Source: Deltaproteobacteria bacterium UBA6930
GTDB lineage: Bacteria; Myxococcota_A; UBA9160; UBA6930
Direction of reading: 5' to 3'
DNA length: 39,173 bases
Assembly (NCBI GenBank): GCA_002450755.1
Contig: DKAI01000098.1
Span: 1-39,173 of the forward strand
Positions 24,128 through 34,302 of this stretch are shown here, piece after piece. The position numbers and the translations under genes are program-made. The notes under the pieces are model-generated. The model worked only from the letters and a program-made list of their open reading frames with translations. It was not told the origin of the DNA and made no database searches. How positions within the stretch are numbered: the first letter of the stretch is position 1; every line of letters starts with the position of its first letter.

Positions 24128-26725
24128 GTGGGAACGAAGAAGAACGAACAAAAACACGGATCGAATCAAAACCAACGCAGATCGAGGTATAGACTCTCGT
24201 CTTCCGTTGTTCCTCGCCAAGCAAAAGTATCGGTAACCGTTGATCCAGAAAAAAGTGACAAGTTCAAAGGAACTGTAACGTACAGACTAGAGATTAAGAG
24301 TTCTCGTCAGACCATAGAACTTCACTGTGATGGGTTGAAAGTCAATCGTCCAAGAGTAAGTTCGAAAAATGGAGACATCGAAGGAACCCTAGAACAAAAT
24401 CTTCCAAACCAAAGACTTCTTCTAACTTTTGAAAAACCACTTCCAGTCGGTTCAATAGAATTACAAATGTCGTTCAACGGAGAGCTTCGCAAAGACCTTC
24501 GAGGACTCTACTTGGCAAAAGCAGGCAACAAACGCTTTGCGTTTACTCAGCTGGAGGCAGCTGATGCACGCAGATTTTTCCCATGCTTTGATGAGCCCTC
24601 GATGAAAATTCGTCTCGCTCTAGAGGTAACCACAGCAGCGAGTCATACGGTCATCTCAAATTCATCTATCGAAAAAACAATCAAAAAAAAAGGAAATCGG
24701 AAAACTGTCCGATTTAAAGAAACTCCACCACTGTCAACATATCTCTTTGCTCTCGGCGTGGGAGACTTGCGTTCCTCAAAAACAGCTTACTCGGGTGAAA
24801 CAGAAATTAAGGTATGGCACGTGGAGGGAAAAGAAGACCTCTGCGACTTCGCTCTAAATGTGGCAAAAGAAACGCTTTCTCTCTTGGAACTCTACTTTGC
24901 TATTCCGTATCCGTATGAAAAACTTGACCTTGTCGCAGTTCCGGACTTTGAAGCTGGAGCTATGGAAAACGCTGGCTCAGTTTTTTTTCGTGAAACTCTT
25001 CTCCTTCTAGATCCGAACACTTCCAGCATGGATGAAAAGAAACGAGTAGCTGAAGTAATTTGCCACGAGCTCGCTCACATGTGGTACGGAAACCTCGTCA
25101 CAATGTCGTGGTGGGATGATTTGTGGCTCAATGAGGCATTCGCAACTTGGATGGCCTTCAAGATCGTTGATTCCTGGAAACCCGAATGGAGAATGTGGCA
25201 CGATTTTCAACACTACAGATCGGCAGCTCTTGTCACAGATGCCCTTCGCTCTAGTCATCCAATATATACAAAAGTACGAACTCCAGATGAAGCTACTGAA
25301 AATTTCGATGTGATTACATACGAAAAAGGTGCTTCGGTAGTTCGCATGCTCGAGACCTATTTATCACCGTCTGTCTTTCAAGAAGGAGTTCGGACCTACA
25401 TCTCACGACATCGTGAAGGAAATACCGTCGCTTCAGATCTTTGGCAGGCACTGTCCGAAGCTTCTGGATTTCCGGTTGGGCCTATCGTTCAAAAATGGAT
25501 CACGACTAAAGGTTTTCCTCTTCTAAGCATGAGCCGTAAAGTCAGATCTGAAGGTACAACTCTCCAATTTTCTCAGGAACCCTTCGCTCAAAAGGAAAGG
25601 AAAGGCAAATCCTTACAAGGAGAAGTCTGGCCTATTCCGTGGATAGGCCGATTTGGAAAGAAAAAACAAGTAAAAAAATTAATCAAAACCAAGACGGCAA
25701 CGCTGAAAATACCTGAAAGAAATCCATCTTTTATCTACGGAAACGCGAACGAAAGCGGCTTCTTTAGAGTTTTGCATGACACTGCAGAACTTTCGAATAT
25801 TACTAAAAATTTTGATCGACTTCCTTCGCTGGAACGACAGGGGCTCTTAGACCATCAATGGGCAATCGTAAGAGCTGGACATGCCTCGATTGCGACTTAT
25901 TTGGACCTGGTAACTACGCGTGGTGACGAGACCGACCCCGACGTTTTAGCAACATGCGCGCAGCCATTGGGCTTCATAAAAGACAGATTACTTCTGAAAA
26001 ACGAGGAGACTATCGAATTTGCGGAGCGTATTTCTACATGTTTTGCCAAGCCTTTAAGGAAGACCGGGTTAACACGAAAACTTAAAAATAACCTCGAAAG
26101 TCTTTCTAGAGCCTCACTCTTCAAGTTGGTGGCAAAGATCGGAGAAAACGAACACTTTGTATTAAAAGCTAGCGAGCTATGCAATCGATATATTGGGGAA
26201 GACTACATGCTTGATCCGAACCTCATCGACGATGTCATCGATGTGGCCGCGCGACATGGTTCGGATGAACTTTACGAATCGTTTTGGAAAAGAGCTTCAT
26301 CTACAAAAAACCCTCAAATCCGCCGAAAAATGCTCTTGGGACTAACATCGTTTAGAGATAAAACCTTAACTGAGGACACCTTAAATTCCCTGCTCGGAGA
26401 TAGAATTGATACCCAGGACGTAGCGATACTCTTGTCCCGACTTCTTCACAACTCACAAGCGAGAGAAAAAACATGGTTGTTCATCAAGGATAATTGGTCA
26501 GAATTGGAGAGAAGAATGCCGGCCATGTTAATTACGCGTCCCATCGACGCGCTCCCGTGCCTTGGGAGCATTCGGTATAAGAAAGACGTCCAAGAATTTT
26601 TTAAGACCACCTCAGTGCCGTCTGGCCGGAGAGCATTAAAGCAAGCACTTGAACGATTTGACAGTGATGAACGCCTTGCGCAGACATCTCGCGCTGAAAT
26701 TATTTCCTGGCTGAAAGTTACTTAA
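24128..26725 (+). CDS. M1-family zinc aminopeptidase (aminopeptidase N type)
   Basis: GAMEN exopeptidase motif and HELAHMWYGNLVT...WLNEAFA (HExxH-18-E), followed by a long helical ERAP1-like C-terminal domain. GTG start with GGAGAA upstream. Confidence 0.94.
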   Translation: MGTKKNEQKHGSNQNQRRSRYRLSSSVVPRQAKVSVTVDPEKSDKFKGTVTYRLEIKSSRQTIELHCDGLKVNRPRVSSKNGDIEGTLEQNLPNQRLLLTFEKPLPVGSIELQMSFNGELRKDLRGLYLAKAGNKRFAFTQLEAADARRFFPCFDEPSMKIRLALEVTTAASHTVISNSSIEKTIKKKGNRKTVRFKETPPLSTYLFALGVGDLRSSKTAYSGETEIKVWHVEGKEDLCDFALNVAKETLSLLELYFAIPYPYEKLDLVAVPDFEAGAMENAGSVFFRETLLLLDPNTSSMDEKKRVAEVICHELAHMWYGNLVTMSWWDDLWLNEAFATWMAFKIVDSWKPEWRMWHDFQHYRSAALVTDALRSSHPIYTKVRTPDEATENFDVITYEKGASVVRMLETYLSPSVFQEGVRTYISRHREGNTVASDLWQALSEASGFPVGPIVQKWITTKGFPLLSMSRKVRSEGTTLQFSQEPFAQKERKGKSLQGEVWPIPWIGRFGKKKQVKKLIKTKTATLKIPERNPSFIYGNANESGFFRVLHDTAELSNITKNFDRLPSLERQGLLDHQWAIVRAGHASIATYLDLVTTRGDETDPDVLATCAQPLGFIKDRLLLKNEETIEFAERISTCFAKPLRKTGLTRKLKNNLESLSRASLFKLVAKIGENEHFVLKASELCNRYIGEDYMLDPNLIDDVIDVAARHGSDELYESFWKRASSTKNPQIRRKMLLGLTSFRDKTLTEDTLNSLLGDRIDTQDVAILLSRLLHNSQAREKTWLFIKDNWSELERRMPAMLITRPIDALPCLGSIRYKKDVQEFFKTTSVPSGRRALKQALERFDSDERLAQTSRAEIISWLKVT

Positions 26726-26758
26726 GAATCTTTCTCGAAATCCATAAATAGGATTAGA

Positions 26759-27454
26759 TCACGCCGCATCACGGAGTGCTCGTTCGATTTCTTCTTTAAA
26801 AACAGAAAACGGTTGAGCTCCTACCAGTTTTCTCCCGTTTACAAAAAATACAGGCGTTCCAGTCACTCCATTGTCACGGCCTAAAATGATATCTCGATCT
26901 ATTAAATCTTTACTCGTTTGAGAGTCGAGAGTTTCCTCAAATTGTGGAGAGTCAAGATTTAACCTACTTGCATACTCTAGCATTGTTTCTCTCGACAAAT
27001 CTTTGAAGTTCTCAAATATTAAATCATGCATCTCCCAAAATTTCCCCTGTTCTCCAGCTGAAATCGCGGCGCGGTGAGCAAGTAAAGCGTTTTTATGAAA
27101 ACTAAGCGGAAAATGCTTAAAGACAATCTTGACTTCACTATCGTATTCGTTTCGAATCTGCAAAAGAGTTGGATAGACTTTCCTGCAGTAGCCGCATTCA
27201 AAGTCCGAAAATTCTACGATGGTAATGGGTGCTTCCTCGGGGCCCAAAAAAGGAGACTCTGAAACGTCTATACCTACGATATCGCGTGTTCCCAAATCAA
27301 CTCCCACCGCTTCGGCAAGGACGCGCAAGTTGCGATCGATTTGATCAACTTTCCAGTTGATTTCTGCGCTACCGCTTCGACCCATTGCAAAGCCCGTAAC
27401 GACTGACAGCAACAGCAAAGTTGAAATAGGAATCACTTGCTTTATTTTCAACAT
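26759..27454 (-). CDS. DsbA-family thiol:disulfide oxidoreductase, exported or membrane-anchored
   Basis: N-terminal hydrophobic segment and the thioredoxin-fold active site EFSDFECGYCRK. C-terminal GTPVFFVNG is typical of the DsbA/BdbD type. Confidence 0.82.
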   Translation of the reverse strand: MLKIKQVIPISTLLLLSVVTGFAMGRSGSAEINWKVDQIDRNLRVLAEAVGVDLGTRDIVGIDVSESPFLGPEEAPITIVEFSDFECGYCRKVYPTLLQIRNEYDSEVKIVFKHFPLSFHKNALLAHRAAISAGEQGKFWEMHDLIFENFKDLSRETMLEYASRLNLDSPQFEETLDSQTSKDLIDRDIILGRDNGVTGTPVFFVNGRKLVGAQPFSVFKEEIERALRDAA

Positions 27455-27507
27455 CCTAAAGCCTCTACCTCGTTCATCTCGCTGTTCTCATTAAAACTGG
27501 TCGTGAA

Positions 27508-30411
27508 TTAAATGTCATTTTTTTTCATATTTGCAAAGGCCTTCGTAACCAATGCTTTCTGCTCTTGCTTGTGGATACGCAGGGAACCAACTGCCGTGCT
27601 GGCACTCGCAGCTCGGCAGGAACACTTCAGATTCAGGCCGGTCGGAAAAGACTCAGTGATGAGTTCTCGTAAATAAGACCATGGACCCATATTGGCAGGT
27701 TCCTCCTGAACCCAGAGAACCTGTTCTACTTTTCGATATTTTTGTATTAACTCCGAGAGCTCGACTTGTGGCCAGGGGTACAACTGCTCGATTCTTATGA
27801 TTGCTACCCGTGACTGATCATGAGATGACAACTCCTCTTTTTTAAATCTTAATAAATCGTAAAACACTTTTCCGCTACAAAATATTAACCTTTCAACGTT
27901 ATCTGGATTGGTCACCAACTGATCGTCAATTAAGCGATGAAATTCATCATCCGATAAATCTTCTACTTTTGACACAGCAGCGGGCGCGCGTAGAAGACTC
28001 TTGGGTGTAGCAATAATTAGTGGAGCGCGATAACTCCGCTTCATTTGCCGCCTTAGTACATGAAAATATTGAGCTGGAGTAGTGCAATTTACAATTTGCA
28101 TATTGTCTTCCGCGCAAAGCTGCAGGAATCTTTCCAATCTGCAACTCGAGTGTTCCGGTCCTTGTCCTTCGTACCCATGTGGCAAAAGCATCACGAGACC
28201 GCTCATGCGACTCCACTTGGAGTGAGCCGAGCTTATAAACTGATCGATGATAACCTGCGCACCATTAGCAAAATCACCGAACTGTGCTTCCCAGATTGTT
28301 AAAGTAGTAGGATCAGCAAGGCTGTAACCATATTCAAATCCCAAAACTCCTGCTTCTGACAGGTGACTATCGTACACCTCGAACCGCGCCTGAGTTTCTG
28401 ACAAGTTTGAGAGGGGGGCGTACTCTTCTCCAGTTTTTCGGTCCATCAAAATTGCATGCCTCTGCGAAAAAGTGCCTCTACAGCTATCTTGCCCAGACAA
28501 ACGAATTGGAGTCCCATCGATTAACAAGCTGCCAAAAGCGAGAGACTCAGCAGTAGACCAATCGATCAGGGCTTTTTCCGAAATCATTTCTTGTCTCTTT
28601 TTTAACTGCTTTAAAAGCTTCGGGTGAATCTCGAAATTCTCCCTTACGGTCCCCAATTTTTTGGCTAAAAAATCTAACGTGTCAATTGCAACTCGAGTGT
28701 CAACTCGTCCGTCCGGCAAGTCTCTGCTAAATCCCGACCACGGCCCTCGCGGCTCGTAAGGCTCATCCAACTTCGGAGGGGTCGTCTTAATTACTTGGAG
28801 CGCTTCGCGTAGTTGATCATTCAAATCACCCTCGATTCGACTCACATCCTTTTCTGACAGGAGGCCATTTTTTACTAGATATTGAGTGAACTTTTGGCGG
28901 ACTGGCAGCATCGACCGGATTTTGTCGTACATAAGTGGTTGGGTAAAACTGGGATCATCTCCTTCATTGTGCCCATGCCTCCGATAGCAAACCATATCAA
29001 TTACGACATCATCACTGAAGCGTTGGCGGTACTCCAGTGCAAGTTTTGCAGAATGGACAACTGCCTCTGGGTCATCGCCATTCACATGGATAATAGGAGC
29101 TTGGACCATCTTCGCCGCATCTGTACAATACAGTGTTGAACGAGCCTCCTTCGGTGTTGTAGTGAATCCTATTTGGTTATTTACAATGACGTGAACTGTT
29201 CCTCCAGTTGAATAACCTACAAGGTGAGACAAATTTAACGTTTCGCTTACCATTCCCTGGCCTGAAAATGCTGCATCGCCATGCAAAAGTATGGGTATGA
29301 TGGAGTGACCGCCCTCATCTCTCGCGCGGACCTGTTTAGCTCTCGTACGCCCCTCAACAACGGGATCTACTGCCTCTAAATGAGAAGGATTGGCCGTAAG
29401 AGAAAGATGGATCCGTGCTCCATTTAACGTACGCCTATCGTTCGAGTACCCCTTGTGGTACTTAACATCACCTGATCCGTGAGGGCTTTCTTCTAGTTCA
29501 ACATCCTCAAATTCCGAAAATATGCTTTCAAGTGACTTCCCGAGAATGTTCGAAAGTACGTTCAAACGTCCCCTATGAGCCATCCCAATCACAAGCTCGC
29601 GAACACCCTGACCTGGCGATTCTTCGACGAGTGTATCCAGGAGAGGAATGAGGGATTCTGCTCCCTCTAAAGAAAACCGCTTTTGGCCGATGAATTTTGT
29701 GTGAAGGAACCGTTCAAAAAGAGAAGCCGCCGAAAGTTTTTCGAGAACTCTCAAGAGCTCTTCTGCCGATAGGTCACAAGTATTTCGAGATTCTTCCATT
29801 TTTTTTTGCAACCACTGTCTTCGCCCCGGATCCTGAATATGCAGAAATTCCACCCCAACAGATCGGCAGTAAGTTGCATTCAAACGATCAAGGATTTGAA
29901 AAAGGGGTTGAATTGGCCCGCCTGGCAAATCGCCGGCCAGCATGAGAGTCTCCATATCCTCCGTCCCAAACCCATAATGCGCCGGATCAAGTTCCGGAAA
30001 ATAATCGTTTTCGCCGCTTAAAGGGTCTGTGTCAGCAATCCGATGACCCCGAGCCCGAAAAGCATGAATCAATCGGAGAGCGCGGGCCTGCTTATCCGCG
30101 ATTTGTGGATCAGAAACACGTGCGGACTCAGAAGCTGCCGGAACTGTTCCTCCGAGTGGAACGGAAAAAGGTTTGTCGACGGTTTCAGTTGAAGGGTTAA
30201 AAAAGCTAGCCCAGCTAGCATCTACCGACCCAGGGTCATCCTCATATCGTTCACGAATGTCCTGTACAATGCCCGCGTTGACCCCAAAGCCTCTAAGTTT
30301 TTCAGGACTCTCCTCATTGGACAACTCATCTACATCCGTGTTTTCTTCCCCGGCTTCTACTGTTTCCACACCTGACTCTTTCAGTACTTGGCGGAGTCCC
30401 GGTACCGCCAA
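27508..30411 (-). CDS. sucA: 2-oxoglutarate dehydrogenase E1 component
   Basis: YEDDPGSVDASWASFF N-terminal block, CYRRHGHNEGDDPSFTQPLMY, LLPHGYEGQGPEHSS and WEAQFGDFANGAQ are classic E1o motifs. The start is uncertain: TTG at 30411 per the track, or alternatively TTG at 30324. Confidence 0.93.
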   Translation of the reverse strand: MAVPGLRQVLKESGVETVEAGEENTDVDELSNEESPEKLRGFGVNAGIVQDIRERYEDDPGSVDASWASFFNPSTETVDKPFSVPLGGTVPAASESARVSDPQIADKQARALRLIHAFRARGHRIADTDPLSGENDYFPELDPAHYGFGTEDMETLMLAGDLPGGPIQPLFQILDRLNATYCRSVGVEFLHIQDPGRRQWLQKKMEESRNTCDLSAEELLRVLEKLSAASLFERFLHTKFIGQKRFSLEGAESLIPLLDTLVEESPGQGVRELVIGMAHRGRLNVLSNILGKSLESIFSEFEDVELEESPHGSGDVKYHKGYSNDRRTLNGARIHLSLTANPSHLEAVDPVVEGRTRAKQVRARDEGGHSIIPILLHGDAAFSGQGMVSETLNLSHLVGYSTGGTVHVIVNNQIGFTTTPKEARSTLYCTDAAKMVQAPIIHVNGDDPEAVVHSAKLALEYRQRFSDDVVIDMVCYRRHGHNEGDDPSFTQPLMYDKIRSMLPVRQKFTQYLVKNGLLSEKDVSRIEGDLNDQLREALQVIKTTPPKLDEPYEPRGPWSGFSRDLPDGRVDTRVAIDTLDFLAKKLGTVRENFEIHPKLLKQLKKRQEMISEKALIDWSTAESLAFGSLLIDGTPIRLSGQDSCRGTFSQRHAILMDRKTGEEYAPLSNLSETQARFEVYDSHLSEAGVLGFEYGYSLADPTTLTIWEAQFGDFANGAQVIIDQFISSAHSKWSRMSGLVMLLPHGYEGQGPEHSSCRLERFLQLCAEDNMQIVNCTTPAQYFHVLRRQMKRSYRAPLIIATPKSLLRAPAAVSKVEDLSDDEFHRLIDDQLVTNPDNVERLIFCSGKVFYDLLRFKKEELSSHDQSRVAIIRIEQLYPWPQVELSELIQKYRKVEQVLWVQEEPANMGPWSYLRELITESFPTGLNLKCSCRAASASTAVGSLRIHKQEQKALVTKAFANMKKNDI

Positions 30412-30645
30412 ATAAATTGTTATAGGGCTCCAATTTTCTAAGGGATCTGCTTCGATAATCTAGCTCTACTTCCTAGATTTGAAACACTAGCTCCAGGGGA
30501 ACTTTTGCGTTTCTAGTTCCAAATTTCGTGCCAGAAACAGATAGCGATACCATCGCCATTCGCAGAGTTTCCTGAGAGTTTATTTAAAAGACGAAGGAAC
30601 ATAAACCTAGGCCCAGTCTCCCTTCTTAAACTCGCCCGCTATCAT

Positions 30646-31296
30646 ATGAAACAAATGACAACTATCGAGTCTACTCCCTACCTCTTCAATAACGAACTAA
30701 GACAACGTTGTCTCAGAGGTCTCAAATCACACACGCCCCTAGAAGCACCCCTTGAAGAGCGTCGACCAGCGGCTGTTACCGCAGTTCTATTGCCTGACGA
30801 AGAAGGGCGAGGCTGCTTTCTGATTACGAAAAGAGCAACGAAACTAAGGCGACACAGTGGCCAGTGGGCCCTTCCTGGAGGACGATTAGACAAGGACGAG
30901 ACAACCCAAAATGCAGCTCTCCGGGAGCTACAAGAAGAAGTGGGACTCTCGCTACAACCAGAAGATGTGCTGGGCCGACTTGACGACTACCCAACTAGAT
31001 CTGGTTTCGTAATCTCGCCCTTCGTCGTGTGGTGTCCCTCAGCCACGGAACTTAAGCCTGACCCCGGCGAGGTCGCGGCTGTATACAAAGTTCCTCTTGA
31101 CGTCCTGGACGGCCCCGGAGTACCAATTTTAAAGACCATCCCTGAAAGCAAAGATAAAGTTATCGCGATTCCAATGCTCGACACTGAAGTGCATGCACCC
31201 ACTGCAGCTATCCTGTATCAGCTAAGGGAAATCTGTCTGTGGGGAAGGAGTACCCGGGTTGCCCATTTTGAGCAACCCGTCTTTGCTTGGCGGTGA
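30646..31296 (+). CDS. Nudix hydrolase, CoA pyrophosphatase type
   Basis: Nudix box GGRLDKDETTQNAALRELQEEVGL. It is preceded by the CoA-type motif LITKRATKLRRHSGQWALPGG. Confidence 0.86.
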   Translation: MKQMTTIESTPYLFNNELRQRCLRGLKSHTPLEAPLEERRPAAVTAVLLPDEEGRGCFLITKRATKLRRHSGQWALPGGRLDKDETTQNAALRELQEEVGLSLQPEDVLGRLDDYPTRSGFVISPFVVWCPSATELKPDPGEVAAVYKVPLDVLDGPGVPILKTIPESKDKVIAIPMLDTEVHAPTAAILYQLREICLWGRSTRVAHFEQPVFAWR

Positions 31297-31332
31297 CTTA
31301 AAACCCGAATATTCTTGGAAAACTCGGGCCTG

Positions 31333-31812
31333 CTACTTGTAGCGCCTTCCCGCATGTTCGACATATCCGCCGAAGCTGCGTCGAGTAGGATCACGGTGGG
31401 TCCGTCTTATAACGCCACCCTGTTCATCCCATTCATACTCCCCCATAAACTTAATCCTGTCCCCATTCTTGACAGGGACGCGCGGGGACATATCCAAGTT
31501 GTGAGCAATAGTTACTAGATGACCATCAACAAGCCTGACAAGAAACCTCTGGTAGCGCACACCAATCATTTCGTCCTCGAGCAGTCTTTCAACAATACCC
31601 TCGTCTTCAACAAACCTGCGAGACTTCCCAAGAAAAGCCATATAGGTTGCACTTGTCCTTGAAGCCACTTCACCATCCGGAGAGGTATAGTGAATACCCG
31701 AATCGTAATCGGAGCGATCCTCTTTAACAGCACCACCTCCAAGCAACCCCGACTTGTAAAGAAGGAGCGCGAGAACAATTCCTACCAGTGTTCCAATCGG
31801 TGGCCTACGCAT
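31333..31812 (-). CDS. Membrane-anchored DUF3465-like protein (function unknown)
   Basis: C-terminal IAHNLDMSPRVPVKNGDRIKFMGEYEWDEQGGVIRRTHRDP resembles the DUF3465 signature as I recall it. I prefer the ATG at 31812 (MRRPPIGTLVGIVLALLL signal anchor). The track start at 31905 would overlap the HAD gene. Confidence 0.6.
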   Translation of the reverse strand: MRRPPIGTLVGIVLALLLYKSGLLGGGAVKEDRSDYDSGIHYTSPDGEVASRTSATYMAFLGKSRRFVEDEGIVERLLEDEMIGVRYQRFLVRLVDGHLVTIAHNLDMSPRVPVKNGDRIKFMGEYEWDEQGGVIRRTHRDPTRRSFGGYVEHAGRRYK

Positions 31813-31894
31813 AATCTCAAGGTTACCACTATTCAAGAAGAGGGGGAGACCCCGCTTCGGATAAGGATTTACAATACCTATTGTCTTAGCTCGA

Positions 31895-32785
31895 TTAACA
31901 TGCACCCCCCGGCCCCGCAGCCGCTAGTTCTTCCAAAAAAGGCACCAGTCCATCCTCGTCGTTCCTTCCAACAACTCTATCCGCAATCTCTTTAAGCTCA
32001 GGCCGAGCATTCCTCATAGCCAGGCCCAAACCCGCATTCTTAACCATTTCAAGGTCGTTGAGTTCGTCCCCTACAGCGCATATTTCGTCATGGGCTATTC
32101 CGAGTATCCCAGCTAGAGCTGTAAGTCCCACCCACTTATCTATCCCAATGGGAAGAATTTCACAATATGAAGAGTTTGGCCCAACACTCTTCATCACATG
32201 TACCGTAAATTCTCCAGGGAACTGCGCATTGATTCTACCAGCAAGCAGAGACATCTCTTCTGGATCTCCAAAAGAACCGATCGCAAGAACGTCAAGTGTC
32301 ACCTCCTCGGTGATATCAGAACTCCAATGAGCAAAGGAATGATTTACCTCGTAGTATCGAGAGGTCTCAAGGTTCCAGGGACGTGAGCCATCTATAAAAA
32401 AATCTATGCCTGGACGATCGCATTGAGCCACAACAGTTTGTCCCGATGCTTGCACTGTTCCTGCGACCTTTACAAAGTCCTTACCCGAGTAATTCATCGC
32501 TTGAAGAGTATTCCCGTTTGGATCCTTTACAATAGAACCACCCAGACATACCGAGTACAGGGATTTACCTAGTGACTTGAAGATGTAGGATGCATTTCGA
32601 AACCTACGTCCTGTGCAAAGCGCTACGACTATCCCTGTTTGAAGAACCTGGTGTATTGCCTTCCTCGTAGCCAAAGTAACTTGATTCCCTTCGCTAGCGA
32701 GCGTTCCATCAACGTCCAACGCCAAAAGTTTTATCCTACGATCCAAACCTACTCCAATAATCCAACGCGACTTTGATAACCGCAC
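31895..32785 (-). CDS. HAD-superfamily phosphatase, Cof type (subfamily IIB)
   Basis: Motif I LALDVDGTL, motif IV GDELNDLEM, and a cap domain of Cof-like size. GTG start 15 nt after the pabB stop. Confidence 0.84.
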   Translation of the reverse strand: MRLSKSRWIIGVGLDRRIKLLALDVDGTLASEGNQVTLATRKAIHQVLQTGIVVALCTGRRFRNASYIFKSLGKSLYSVCLGGSIVKDPNGNTLQAMNYSGKDFVKVAGTVQASGQTVVAQCDRPGIDFFIDGSRPWNLETSRYYEVNHSFAHWSSDITEEVTLDVLAIGSFGDPEEMSLLAGRINAQFPGEFTVHVMKSVGPNSSYCEILPIGIDKWVGLTALAGILGIAHDEICAVGDELNDLEMVKNAGLGLAMRNARPELKEIADRVVGRNDEDGLVPFLEELAAAGPGGAC

Positions 32786-32800
32786 ATCGAACCGGTACCC

Positions 32801-34246
32801 TCACATGCCCAGACCACGGCGAAGAGCTACCAATTTGTCCCATAGCTCCCTCCACTCACCTTCCGGTGTGGAATCCGCGACAACTCCTCCACCCGAATGC
32901 AATTTAATATGCCCGTTCTCGAGAAACAGAGTTCTAATAACAACTGCGAGGTCTAGCCCCCCTCGTATATCTATATAGCCTAAAGCACCCGCGTAATAAC
33001 CTCTCCCGTCCACTTCCAAGTCTCGGGCAATCTTAACCGCGGCAAGCTTGGGTGCTCCCGTCATTGATCCAGGGGGCATGGAAGCTCTCACCGCCTCCAA
33101 GGCATCACAACCGGCACGTAATCGTCCTGTAATCGTCGAAACGAGATGAAAGATTTCTTCATGTGCCTCCACTCGCCAGAGGCTTGGAACGTCAACTGAC
33201 CCGGGCTTACAAACTCGCCCCAAGTCGTTTCTGACGAGGTCAACAATCATTAAATTTTCAGCGCGATCCTTCTCTGATCGACCCAACTTAAACGATTCTT
33301 CCAAATCCTCATTCGAATTTCCGGGGCGCCTTCTAGTTCCCTTGATTGGGCTACTAGAAACGTTGCCTTGTGCATCGACTCTCAAGAAACTTTCGGGAGA
33401 TGTTGACATAACAGTCAGCCGCGGGAGATCTAAGTAAGATGAGAAAGGCGCAGGATTTGCCTTTCGAAGGTTTAAATACAACCGAAAAGGATCACCTTCA
33501 AAGTCGGCCCTCAGCGACTGAGTTAGACAAACCTGATAAACTTTTCCTTCTGCTATTGACGCTCCCACCTCTGCTACCGCGGCCTTGTACTGATGCTCAT
33601 TTAGCGAAGGCTTTAGGCTCGCAAGAATAGGCGGTCTATCATTCGCTACTTCACGGGGCCAGTTGCGGGTAGTCATCGCTAAGTCTGAGATATCATTAGC
33701 AGCTTTATTCGCCTGCTCCTGCGCGCTAGCTTCATTTTTCCCAAAGCCTAATCCTAACGCCGTTATTCGACCACATTGATGCTCTTTAATTAGCAATCTA
33801 TCGATGAAGGCGAACGTTTGATCAGGCTGTCTTTCCGTGCCTCTTCGCGAAAGACCGGTTGACTCCCAGGCCTCAGAGATCTCGTAACCGAACACTCCAA
33901 TCGCACCGCCAATAAAAGGGACGGATTCCATACCAATGAATTCCGTTCTTGGCAGCAAACTCCTCAGAACATCAATCGGATCCCCATGAAAATATCTTCT
34001 ACCTAATTCTAAATCGGGTCGGACTTGGCGCACAACTCGTAGCTCGTGGCATTTTCCTCGACTCTCAAGCCAAGCATAGGGTTGATTCCCAGCAAAAGAG
34101 AATCGGCTAGAAGCAGGGTTCCGTCCGTTGCTGTCAAGCCACCAAGTCCCACAACCTGGCCTTTCGAGATTTACAACCATTTCTTCAAAAGAAACAGAAG
34201 TCGGCAATTCAATGGTGTGATGACTGATGCAGCTTGTGCTCATCAC
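32801..34246 (-). CDS. pabB: Aminodeoxychorismate synthase component I
   Basis: Chorismate-binding domain with SPESFL, PIKGT (Lys as in PabB rather than PIAGT of TrpE), RAENLMIVDLVRND, GSMTGAPK and GGGVVADS. Confidence 0.86.
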   Translation of the reverse strand: MMSTSCISHHTIELPTSVSFEEMVVNLERPGCGTWWLDSNGRNPASSRFSFAGNQPYAWLESRGKCHELRVVRQVRPDLELGRRYFHGDPIDVLRSLLPRTEFIGMESVPFIGGAIGVFGYEISEAWESTGLSRRGTERQPDQTFAFIDRLLIKEHQCGRITALGLGFGKNEASAQEQANKAANDISDLAMTTRNWPREVANDRPPILASLKPSLNEHQYKAAVAEVGASIAEGKVYQVCLTQSLRADFEGDPFRLYLNLRKANPAPFSSYLDLPRLTVMSTSPESFLRVDAQGNVSSSPIKGTRRRPGNSNEDLEESFKLGRSEKDRAENLMIVDLVRNDLGRVCKPGSVDVPSLWRVEAHEEIFHLVSTITGRLRAGCDALEAVRASMPPGSMTGAPKLAAVKIARDLEVDGRGYYAGALGYIDIRGGLDLAVVIRTLFLENGHIKLHSGGGVVADSTPEGEWRELWDKLVALRRGLGM

Positions 34247-34302
34247 CGGAGCCTACCGAAAAATGTACCCAGGGCTCCTAAACAGTTCGCTAGGATTGAG
34301 GC

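Noticed and set aside
24683-24691. A9/T9 homopolymer runs inside coding regions (M1 aminopeptidase 24683-24691, sucA 29799-29807, and several 8-mers) as possible phase-variation or frameshift sites.
   Set aside because: Reading frames are intact across every run. They encode Lys-Lys(-Lys) or Phe-rich stretches consistent with the local protein context, and there is no sign of pseudogenisation.
31297-31332. CCCGA-N15-TCGGG stem between the convergent Nudix and DUF3465 genes as a bidirectional terminator.
   Set aside because: The stem is only 5 bp with a large loop and no flanking U/A tracts. This is too weak to call.
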